The notes under the pieces are model-generated. The model searched no databases. It was given only the letters and a program-made list of their open reading frames with translations, and was not told the DNA's origin. Source: Lophium mytilinum (taxonomy: Eukaryota). Taken from it: a stretch of DNA of 64,000 nt. The stretch is from positions 1,557,834 through 1,621,833 of the forward strand of contig MU004189.1 in NCBI GenBank assembly GCA_010093605.1, written 5' to 3'. Shown here piece after piece: positions 9,176 through 20,597 of the stretch; within the stretch, counting starts at the first letter, position 1, and each line of letters opens with the position of its first letter. Made by a program: the position numbers and the translations under genes.

Positions 9176-11357
9176 ATGGACGCGAACCAAGGAGGCTCCG
9201 GGGCTAACTCCAGCGACTTTGTACGTCTGCCTGCAATTGCGCCCAGTCACTGGCCACATTCTAACCATTGTCACAGGTTCGCAAGCTCTACAAGTGCGTT
9301 GCCGAGATACCCAATGCGATCGTGACCCCGCTAAACTGGACAATAGAATGTTGGAAGCCCCCGCCGACGATACCGTAGTACGATGGGGCAATGAAGGAGA
9401 CAGCTTCGTCGTACTGGAGGTGGGTCCCCTCGCGCAAAGACCCTCGATAGGATGCTGAACATATGACAGAACGAAAAGTTTACGAAACACATCTTACCGA
9501 AACATTTTAAACACAGTAATTTCGCAAGTTTTGTTAGGCAGTTGAATAAATACGATTTCCATAAGGTGCGGCACAATAACGAGGAAAATGGGCAGTCGCC
9601 ATATGGCGCCGGGGTATGTTCGATTCATGGTTGACGTCGTTGCCGAAAACCAGTACGCTAAGGTTACTGCAGGCTTGGGAGTTTAAACACCCAGATTTCA
9701 AGGCAAACAACAAGGACGCGCTCGATAACATTCGAAGAAAAGCTCCGGCTCCGCGAAAAATGAACCAGACTGCGGAGGACGTTATGATCCCCACAGCGCA
9801 AATGGACCTGGTCAACACCCAATTAATAGCCACCCAACAACAGCTCCAGTCAATCTCGGAACGGTACAACGAGTTGAGCATTCACCATTCAATGCTTCTA
9901 CAGGAAGTCATCGGACTTCAGAAGACTGTCGTAAACCACGAGCACGTGTTGGGGAATGTGATGAACTTTCTGCACACGGTGGACGCGCAAAGGAGGCGGG
10001 ACAGCAGAGTAGCCCCATTCCCCCCGCCGACCCAGAACGGGAACACGGTTGACTCTCAGAACCCACAAGTCACTCCTCTCGAGGACGATGTGCCGGCATC
10101 GCCCCTGCAGAATGCATCCAAACTCCTCAGCGAGACTAATGCCGACGCCATGCTTAACCCAAGAAACCTGGAACACATGAACGAAATCACAATGCGGATG
10201 AACGGGACTTTGACGACGCCTCCACCAGAGCTAATGCGTAGGCCAGTCAGCCGTGGCGCTGCTCCAGCTTCCGCGTCTTCCACGAACTCGATGCGCATAG
10301 GCGACCTCGACAATATTGTCTACCCTGTCGGCCAGACGCACGGCATCGACCCAACGTATAGCGAGCACATTCATAACATCCCATATCCCATGCCCTCAAA
10401 ACCCGCTGAGGCAGCTGACGCGAAGCTTCAGCCAGTCGAAGGGGGAAGGAAGAAGAGCACGCAGGTAGATCCAGGTTGGATCCGCCAGCCCCAGATTTTG
10501 TTGGTTGAAGATGATCCAACCTGTCGGCGTATCGGCGGAAAGTTCTTATACGCATTCAACTGTGCTATTGACAATGCTGTAAGTACCAGCCTACAGAGTC
10601 CCAGAGGCTGATGTAACTGACCGTCCGAAGCTTGATGGACTGGAAGCAGTAAACAAAATGAACGCAGGCGCAAAGTATGACTTGGTCTTGATGGATATCA
10701 TCATGCCTAATCTGGATGGCGTGTCCGCCTGCCACCTCATTCGCCAGTTCGATAGTACTCCGATTATTGCCATGACGTCCAACATCCGAAGCGACGACAT
10801 ATCCATGTATTTCCAGCATGGTGAGTTGGCAAGAGATGCAGCAAAGAGAACCCAGCTGACCAGACACAGGCATGAACGATGTTTTACCTAAGCCTTTCAC
10901 CAAGGAAGGCCTTCTCCACATGCTTGAGAAACACTTGGCGCATCTGAAGAAACCTCTTCACCAAATGGACGGAATGGTGCCGCCTCAACTTTTGGCGTCC
11001 ACTAGACAGTCCCTGAAAGACGAGGAATCACCTGCGAAATCGCCTGCGACGATAAGTAACTGGAATTCTCCGAATCAGATTCCAGGCGTTTCTCCCGTGG
11101 GCAGCAATGTTACCGACGAATATCTGAGCACAGTACAAGCTCATCCAGCCGCTTACGGCGTTAGCTCCATGGTTGGCAACATTGGATACAACACATCACC
11201 GCAGATGCCGATGCCTCAAAGACAACAAGGTCCCCACAGAAGACAAATTTCGGATATAGCAGGGGGTGAAGATATGAATAACCCCGCCAAACGCCAGCAG
11301 ATGTATGCTCCGCCACTACAACCACAACCAATGAATCCGATGCAGCGGCCACGGTAA
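9176..11357 (+). CDS. SKN7: Stress response regulator Skn7/SrrA/Prr1 (HSF-type DNA-binding domain, coiled coil, receiver domain)
   Basis: Spliced HSF domain (DFVRKLY..ML..., [39 protein letters not shown]) and receiver ([33 protein letters not shown]). Multiple short GT-AG introns. Confidence 0.97.
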
Positions 11358-12902
11358 CGGAACCTATGTCGAGGACCCAGTTTTGATCTTCTTTATCAGT
11401 CGACCGCTGGTGTTCTGGAGTGGCTCATTCGCCGGTCGGCAGCGCGTGTTTCATCCCCCCGTCGCTCACACTAGCGAAGTCAGTCTCTTGCATCCGCGTT
11501 CGAATTGACTTCATCCGCCTTTCAAACCTCACTCTCGACTTCGAACCCAACGTCATGTCTCTCCGCCTTCAAGAACTATGAACTCTATCTATGGTGGCTG
11601 CTATCTAATAGCAAGGACGCAAAAGCAACTCCAGACAACCTTATACCCAATCTCAACCTAATCGTGCCTGCAGACGATACCTTTGACTCTCAGTTGGCCA
11701 CTTATTCTTACACAACACTTATGCCGCATCGAGCAGTCTGCCGCGTCTGCTGTTACCTTACCTCACACTGCGTTCCCAAAGGTAGTCAAGACGTTGACGC
11801 AGGCCGTAAACCTCGGATACCATGCTGGGCATGATTCGCCCTCTTGTGTCCTGGACTCCTTATTGGATGTGGCCGCGGTGCGGTGTGCGTGTATTAATGG
11901 GCGTATCTACGGATACGTGCGCGAGGCTGATATTTCATGTGCTCTGTACACTGCGCTGTTCTTCTGTCTCTACTGGGTTGTATTTCGGTGCGTCGTTGAA
12001 AAGGTGGTTCAGTGAAATGCACTGACGGGAATGTCGCGGAACGTGTTTCAAGTGGCTGGCGTCGCTTTTTCCAAGATACTTGAATGCGAAAGAGGGCCTC
12101 TATAGACAAAGAGTGGCTCGTGGGGAGGGCAAGAAACGAGTATTGAAGTAAAGATAAGGTCTTGCGCAGAATCCTGCAGAATATCCGGGGACATGCCCGA
12201 AGAGTATTCACTAGGACAGTGATCTGTCAAAACTACCATATAGTGTTCTTGAATATATGGGCTGTTCCAGTTGGCTGCTTGACCCATCGACAGGGGTGGT
12301 CTTGTATGTGTCTGGTCCGTCACAATATTTTTACAATTACCTTGAACACTAAGCTAGTGATGCCTATAATATGGAAGCTTAACCCTGATCGAGCACTCCG
12401 GCTCATAGTGAAAGCGCTTAGACAATCATGTTTCTAGTGCTAGATCCAGACGAAGCTACCTGTTGGGCCTTTGTTTGTAAACGAGATTTTTTGGATGCGG
12501 CAGACTGAAAGTTTGGTAGCGGGCTTGGCTTTGAGACCCAATCCCTTAGTGGCATGAATTATCTGTTCTTAAGAGTTTCTAATGCTTCTGCAAGCATAAT
12601 CAAGTGAAGGCTGCAAATTGATGAGCTGTAGTCGTATTAAGGTGTGTCCCTAGCAACGGCCAAGCACAGAATCTAGACCTCTCGGACTCCCCCAGGATCA
12701 GCCCAAAGCCACGACCTCGACCGACGACAAGCAGCACAATCCCGAGAGCGCGTCACCCCAGGGCCCTGATCTGCTCCAGAGCTGCGGCTAGCCGCCTGAC
12801 TCATATTTTTTCTGCAGCCCGCGCGTTGAGGCCGGCGTCACACCTTGTGGCTGCGAAGCTCTCCCCACCACCCACCTCCCACTTCACGTTTTCGATACAG
12901 AC

Positions 12903-15253
12903 ATGGGCCCCAAGGGCAAGAAGGGCCAAGCCGCTGACAAGGCGAAGTCCGGCGAGGTCGAGCGCGAGGACCCACTGCAGGCGGTTGTGCGTAGCTTTGT
13001 GCACTCTTCAATTCAGTCGGCTTGTACTGACTCCCACAGATTCTCGCAGATCCTTTTGAGACTAGATTCAACCCCTTCACACTCGAGCGCCCACGAGTAT
13101 GCTAATCTCTCAGAATTCACTATGTCAGACGGCCCTGACTGACGCTCTATAGTGTTTGCTACCCCTCGCGAATACCCCACTTATCGAATATACGTTTGAA
13201 TTTCTGGCAAACGCTGGCGTCGAGGAGGTCTTTGTGTATTGCGGGGCACATACTGACTTAGTTGACGACTATGTTCAGTAAGGCCGATGGGCTCTAGAGG
13301 TCGCTCCATGTGCTGACCAAATAACAGGCGTTCAAAATGGTCGTCCTTGTCCTCCCCGTTCTCGAAAATAAATACCATACATTCAACCGCACAATCGATA
13401 GGAGATGCTATGCGGGATCTAGACGAGAAGGGCATATTGACCGGTGACTTTCTCCTGGTGTACGGCGATGTGGTTAGCAACCTGCCTCTCGAATCTGCCC
13501 TGGCTGCACATCGAGCACGTCGCGCAGCAAACAAGGACGCTATTATGACAATGGTACTCAGAGAAGCTGGCACTACACATAGGACCAAAGCTCAGGGCAC
13601 CTGCCCGGTCTTCGTAATCGACCCCAAGAAGGACCGGTGTCTACACTTCGAGCAGATGCCAAACAAGGAACACAATAAATTCCTCTCGATTGACCCCGGG
13701 CTGCTATCGAGCTACCAGGAGCTGGACATCAGGCAGGATCTCATCGATTGCGGGATAGACATCTGCACCCCGGATGTCTTAGCGCTATGGAGTGACAACT
13801 TCGACTTCCAAGCCCCACGGAAGGGGTTCCTTCACAGTGTGCTCAAGGACTACGACCTCAACGGCAAGACTATCCATACGCATATTGTTACCGACCACTA
13901 CGCCGCTCGTGTGCGGAATTTGCACGCCTACGACTCGATCTGTAAAGACATTGTTTCGAGATGGGCATATCCGCTTTGCCCGGACAGCAACCTACTCCGA
14001 GGCCAGTCGTACCGGTTGCAGAAAGGAAACATTTACAAAGAGCAGGGTGTCATATTAGCGCGATCTTGCCATATCAATCGCAAGACAGTGATCGGACGTG
14101 ATACCAGCGTCGGCGAAGGGACCGTGATATCCAACAGCATCATAGGAAGAGGATGTGTTATTGGCCGGAATGTTTCTATTGAGGGGGCATATATTTGGGA
14201 CAATACGAGGATCGGGGATTCCTCCACAGTTGAAAGAGCGATCTTAGCCAGTGAGGTATCGATTGGAAGGAAGTGCCATGTCAAGCCCGGGGCATTGATC
14301 TCGTTTGGGGTTACCATTTCGGACGGAATGACGATTGGAGGCGATCACCGAATCACGAGGGCTAAGAGGAGGCGCGAAAAGAACGAAGACGTCGAACGAG
14401 GAGAGCCTAATATCGCCATAGTGGGCAAGGGTGGCGATGGCTTCGAGTACTTAGACGATGAGGAAGAAGAGGAAGACGAGGTGGTGGAGGGGCTTACGCC
14501 CACGGGACTCAGTAAGCATCAGTATTGCTATCTGGCAATTTGACGTCTCTAACATTTCTAGTCTACAACTTGTCAAGCATGGCGCTGTCAACAGACTCGA
14601 TCTCTACTTTGAACTCAGAATCAGACATCAGCCACGAAGATTTCGCCCAACGGTCTGCCAGCGGAAGCTTCGTGTCGATAGATTCAGTCGAGAGCGAGTC
14701 GGGCCACGCGAAGCACTTCGATCACGACGCCGCATCGAGCATCTACGACTCGCTAGAAGCAGGCCACGAGTCTGCAAATATCCAGCTCGAACTGACCTCG
14801 CTCCGCATGAGCTTGAACGCCTCGGAACACCAAGTCCGCCGCGCGGTGGCAGTCGCGTTTGTCAGGCGGGTCAATCAAATCATAAAGTCAGGCGTCGAGG
14901 CGAAACAGGCAGTCGCGCAGGTGTTTGATCCGCACAAATCGCTGCTGAAGCGGATCTCGTTCGACATGGAAGAGGCAGCCAAGGTCGACCAGGTCGACTT
15001 CTTACTCCTGCTCCAGAAGGAACTCGCGAGCCGCGAGAAGGGCGATACCATCCTACTACATGCCTCGATGAAGCTGTACCAGATGGACGTTCTGCAGCAG
15101 GAGGCGGTTGAGCAGTGGTGGGCGGATGTGAAGGGGACTGAGACGGAGGCACTGGCGAATGTAAGGCAGAAGACGCAGCAGTTCGTCGACTTCCTCGACA
15201 ATCAGTCCGAGGGAGAGTCGGACGAAAGCGAGGAGGAGAGCGATTCTGAGTAG
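12903..15253 (+). CDS. GCD6: Translation initiation factor eIF2B epsilon subunit
   Basis: [19 protein letters not shown] nucleotidyl-transferase-like N-terminus, DCGIDIC, hexapeptide left-handed beta-helix repeats, and C-terminal W2 domain (QWW...FVDFL plus acidic tail). Several short introns. Confidence 0.95.
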
Positions 15254-16161
15254 CTCTACCATCTAAGACAGTGGAAAGGAAAGAAAAGCGGTCAGGATCT
15301 GTCGTGCACGTTTTCGGAAGTATTTGCCAGTGTGCTATAAATGTGTGATGCGGTGACAAAGAAGAAGTGACCAACGACTGTTTTTGGAGTAGAGTACCGT
15401 GCTGATTGATTATGGGACGATACATATGGGAGCCTGAGAGTAGTGCGCAGCAAGTTCTTTAGGGCGACATTAGGCACCTACTCTATGCGGTGCCCTCATA
15501 CGCTTTTAGGTGAAACTGCGGGAGGTTCCGTAGCTGGCACATGTCACACTGCAGACTCTAGGTATTCCAGACAACCCATACACATGTAGAGTGCACGCCG
15601 TAGAGCCGCCATTATTGTGAAGGGTGAATAGCAGGCTTGCAGAAAGTGCACCCGTGACAGCTCCGTTGCAGCCCGGCCCGCAGCTATCTCGGGCGTTGTC
15701 CAGTGCCACTTCCTGCGCCGCCACAGCCCACGAACGACACCACCAGCTGGAGAGTCAGTGCCAGGCAGAAACATCCCCGAAGCCTTCCCAGCTGACCAAT
15801 ATCCTCTTTCGAGCAGCCAGACCCGCCCTTCACCCTCTCATCGCCCGGCCCCTACCTGCAACCCAACCCTGGCCCCGTTGACTCCACCGCTCACCGTCCA
15901 CGCTGTCCACGAGCCGCGCCACAGCCGCACCCCTCCAACCCGTCTCGAGCGTCGCGCAGTCACAGCCTGGTCTCGTCATTCCGGCGAGGCGAGGCCCTCT
16001 TAAAGGTCACCACGCCTTCTCAGAGCAAGAAACGCAAAGCTTCCGACGTGCTTGAACCCGCCCAGCTTGTCGAGCGTCCCCGCAAGAAGGTCGATAGCGG
16101 AAACACCCCGAAGCCCACCACCACTCTTCCAGCTACCCCGGCCACGCTTGCATCTGCCAGT

Positions 16162-17940
16162 ATGGACTCTGACGACGAGTTCAACAGCTCCGCCTCCGGC
16201 AGCGAGGGGGACTTTATGGGCGACAACGATAGTGACGCCAGCTTTGGGGGTGGCGATGATGGTCAGTATTCCCCAAGTCTGTAGTGGTAGTGGTAGTAGG
16301 CATAGGCTGACATCTTCGGGATTAGACTCCGACCTGGACATGGAAGACAACGATATAGGCTTCGAGACCCAGGATAAGGACATCAAGAAGTCAAAGCAAA
16401 AGTACGAGGTCGACTTCCAGGTCTTTGGCCCTGAGCAGGTCCAGGCCCAGCAGGACAACCAAATCGAGGAGGTTGGCAATATCCTGGGACAGCCGCCAGA
16501 GGCAGCAGCTATCCTCCTACGGCACGCACGATGGAACAAGGAGCGACTGATCGAGTCGTACATGGACAATACGGAGAAGGTGCTGGAGAGTGCTGGTCTG
16601 GGCGAGGCTGCCTTGCACCCGCCCAAGATCGAGGTGGTGAAGGGATTCACTTGTGATATCTGCTGCGAGGACGGCCCTGGGCTGGAGACGTTTGCTATGA
16701 GGTGTGATCACCGCTTCTGCGTGGACTGCTACAAACACTACGTGGAGTCTAAGATTAAGGATGACGGCGAGGCGGCTCGGATCCGGTGCCCGGGAGACGG
16801 CTGCAACAGAATAGTGGACGCAGTGTCATTGGACTTTTTGGTGACGTCGGATAAGCTAAGGGACAGGCATGTGGCTTCACTCTTCCTGATTTGCACGTAC
16901 TAACCGCACGAAGATATCAGGAACTCCTCACTCGAACATACGTCGATGACAAGGACAACTTAAGGTGGTGCCCAGCCCCAGACTGCGAGAACACTGTCGA
17001 GTGCGGAGTCAAAGACAAGGACCTGCCGCGGATTGTACCAACTGTACACTGTGACTGCGGCCATTTCTTCTGCTTCGGCTGCTCCTTAAACGACCACCAA
17101 CCGGCGCCATGTGGTCTCGTTAAGAAGTGGCTGAAGAAGTGCGAGGACGACTCCGAAACTGCGAACTGGATATCCGCAAACACAAAGGAGTGCCCCAAGT
17201 GCCACTCCACCATCGAGAAGAACGGCGGCTGCAACCACATGACGTGCCGGAAGTGCCGCAACGAGTTCTGCTGGATGTGCATGGGCAACTGGGCCGAGCA
17301 CGGCACGAGCTGGTACAACTGCAACCGCTTCGAGGAGAAGAGCGGCTACGAAGCCCGGGACGCGCAGGCCAAATCGCGCCAGTCGCTGGAGCGCTACCTG
17401 CACTACTATAACCGCTACGCCAACCACGAGCAATCCGCCAAACTCGACAAAGACATCTTTCTCAAAACAGAGAAGAAGATGACGCAGCTGCAGATGCAGA
17501 CGGGCATGTCGTGGATCGAAGTGCAGTTCCTCGACTCAGCCTCACAGGCACTCCAACAATGCCGACAAACCCTCAAATGGACGTACGCCTTCGCGTACTA
17601 CCTCGCGCGCAACAACACGACGGAGATGTTCGAGGACAACCAGAAGGACCTGGAGATGGCGGTGGAGAACTTGAGCGAGATGTTTGAGAAGTCGACGGAT
17701 CAGCTGGAGAGCTTGAAGGTGGAGATGATGGATAAGACGAGTTATTGTAGCAAGCGGCGCATCATTCTGCTGAATGATACGGCGGAGAACCTGCGGAAAG
17801 GTGAGGGCCTTGTTGTGGATTTGTTTTGATTCGTCGAACCTTTTTTTCTTCTGTAAGGTTTGATTGGGTTTGATCATGATCATGAGACTGACTTTGATGG
17901 GATAGGGGACTGGGAGTTTAATGTTGCTCTTACTACATGA
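16162..17940 (+). CDS. Ariadne-family RBR E3 ubiquitin ligase (Hel1/ARIH1-like)
   Basis: Acidic N-terminus, UBA-like LLRHARWNKERLIE, RING1 (CDICC..CDHRFCVDC), IBR (WCPAPDC), RING2 (KECPKCHSTIEKNGGCNHMTC) and Ariadne domain. Introns at 16262-16325, 16867-16913 (GC-AG) and ~17801-17905. Confidence 0.95.
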
Positions 17941-19369
17941 TTACGAGCCCGGTGCGGGTTTGGGGGCTGTGGAGTGGGGATCGCATGAGATGGGGGGCAC
18001 TTTGGCGTCAGGGGTGGGATTGGGAGGAGGGGTTTATAGGGGCTGTATTTAGGTCTTAAGTGGCTCTGCAGGTTCTTCGTTCTGCTTTCTGAGATGAGAT
18101 CAGATGAACCCCTCCTCCCCCTCTCTCTCCCTGGTCTAGGATTTTTGAGCGCGCAAGGATTGAGTACAGTTTCAGACGCGCGATGAGAGCTGGTGCAGTT
18201 CCTATCCTCTCTCTCTCCCCTCTATCTTTATCATTCGTCACGAATACACTCATGTCGCACGCATTTTTGCTATGTCTGTTCAGTGGGATTGGGTAGGGGG
18301 TGTCTTGGCTCGTTTGTCTGTGGTGTATTGGGCGGCATATTGGTGGGTTTTTTGGGTCTGGGTTAGTCCTGGTGTCTTCCCCTCTCTCGATCTATAGGTG
18401 TAGATGTGGCGAGGATTGTTGTAGATGAGAAGTTAGCATTGTGCGGTTTTGTATGATGTTTTTGGGTGTGGTTGTGATTGGTGATTGGAGGAAAGTGAAT
18501 TGAAGGTCGTAGAGGTGGATATGAGTGCGTGCGGAAGAGGGCATGCATAGACCGAAGGTAAAGAAGTAGAGGTGGGACGTGAATGTATGGGGAAGAGGGC
18601 ATATATTGAGCGAAGGTAAGAGTGTGCATGGGCTGGTGTGAAGGGCATATGAGTCTAAATGTAAATTGAGCGGATGGAGGGAGTGAATGGACAGTAGTAG
18701 TGGACAGATGGGATGGAAACAAGTTGTATCGCAGCACCACGAGAAGATACAAACCACGGTCTGCGTTGACGTGCTTTCCGATGTTAATATATGAGCTTGT
18801 AAGTTTGGTGTTGATACGAGCACGCCTTTAGTGTTCTTTTTGCTCTTTTCAATTTGTTCTACGTGAAGACTGTAAGATCAGCTCTGAGCTGAGAGTAGCG
18901 CACATAAACGGTCCGATCTAAGCCCTAAACCCCAGTTTTGCGTCGGCGGTCCGGATGGGTAGTGACGATGTTTCCCGTCCCGCTCGGCTCGCGGCGAGCA
19001 AACTGCCACTACTGCCAGGCTTTTTGGGAGGTCTAGAGTTCGAGGTGCGGCATTATGGCCACGGATTCCTCTCCGTATATCCTGGTAGTCTTCGTATCTG
19101 GACCAGTGGCACGGTAGTGTTGTTGCAACTATCGTCATGAGCGGAGAGCTATATGCTTATTGGTTCGGCGAGCCATGTGGTAGGGATCTGCGTTGCGGAG
19201 CGTTTGTGGCTCTCATGTGGCTATGACATATCGTTTTTTGAATCGGAGGGTATATAAAGGTGATGTACGCCAGGGCAGATCAGATTTCTTTAGATCCTTT
19301 CTGCATAGTTCTATTGCAGATATAAAAATACTTCTCCAAGTAGAAACCCTTTACGTAAACACCTCAAAT

Positions 19370-19653
19370 ATGTCCGCCCAACAGAACATGGAAGGCGCCG
19401 GCCATCAGATGAACGCGGCTGGCTACAGCGAGGCAGAGCAGAAGATCGACCATTCGACGGAGGATATTTCGCATGCAGCGCAGGGGCATAAGGCGAATAT
19501 TAGCAACCCTAGTACGCATGTTGTTACTTATCAAGTAGAACATCTGAGGGTACGGGTGCTAATTGGATTACAGACACGAGTGAGAAGTCGAAGCAGCACT
19601 CCAAAGAAGAACTGGAGATTTTGGGAGGCAACAAGGCTTTTTATGGGAAGTAG
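19370..19653 (+). CDS. con-6: Conidiation protein Con-6-like small hydrophilic protein
   Basis: Spliced across intron 19512-19573 it reads ...HAAQGHKANISNP|NTSEKSKQHSKEELE, which matches the Con-6 GHKA.ISNPN.SE..K.HS pattern. TATA-like boxes at 19251 and 19321. Confidence 0.8.
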
Positions 19654-20597
19654 GGACTTGGCGAGTAGGTGGACGAGAGGGTATAGTTAGGATGAGAAGT
19701 AAAAAAGTTTGTACTGTAGGGTCGAATTAATCCTGTGGCCTTCACTTTTGTAAGACTACACGTTCTCGCTATGTGAGACGTGAACACTTCGTACAACAGA
19801 GAAAACACCTAAACGGTCCAATCTGCGATGTCCATGTCGAGGACCCTGGTTGCGTCATGTGGCGCTCCAATCAAGTCTACTCGGTCAACATCTGCACTGA
19901 GGTGTTTATCTCGACATCCGTTCTTAGTGGCATCTCTTCACAGTCTTCCCAGAGCTCTTCAAGTCTTTTAAGGACATCACTTGCAGAGCAGAAAGCCTGA
20001 GCAGCCAATTTCGGCAAAGCTTAGAAATGCAGGTATTCTACGCATGGGCCAACATGCGAGATCCACACAGCAAACGTCAACGGTTCAAAATGCCCAACAA
20101 CGACGTCCAGCCCCGCTAAACTGGAGCTCTATCAGTAGCCGCCCCGTTATTGTTCCAATCGCCGCCGGAGGATCTGCTGCAAGCATGTTGGAATAGCAGC
20201 TCGACGCTTGTCACGCGAGGGCGCGTTCTGAACATCACATACTGCGCGTCTTTCACTACGCTTTACCTTTACACCGCCTGAGGGCTTCCCGCCCTTAGAT
20301 TCCCCCTCATCTAATACTGTTCCGGCCGCTTGGACCAGGACATGATTTTTTGGCGTGCAGCGACTCCACTTCACTTCCTCTTGTTCACTGTTTGTTAGCG
20401 CGCTTCCACCTTCATCCTCCACCTTCATTCTTCTGCGCTTTTGCGTTAAGGATTCTTTCCCCGCGTCGCTGCGCGTTTTTGGTTCTGCTGCTTATCTTGG
20501 TTTCACCGGATATGCTCGGAAAGAAATAACTGCAAGGTAAGCCGTCTGATCGGACTTTCAAGAGATCTCCAGTCAAGCTGACTGCAATTGTGACTAG

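Noticed and set aside
16860..16920. Frameshift or pseudogene in the Ariadne gene
   Set aside because: Explained by a GC-AG intron with a perfect TACTAAC branch point.
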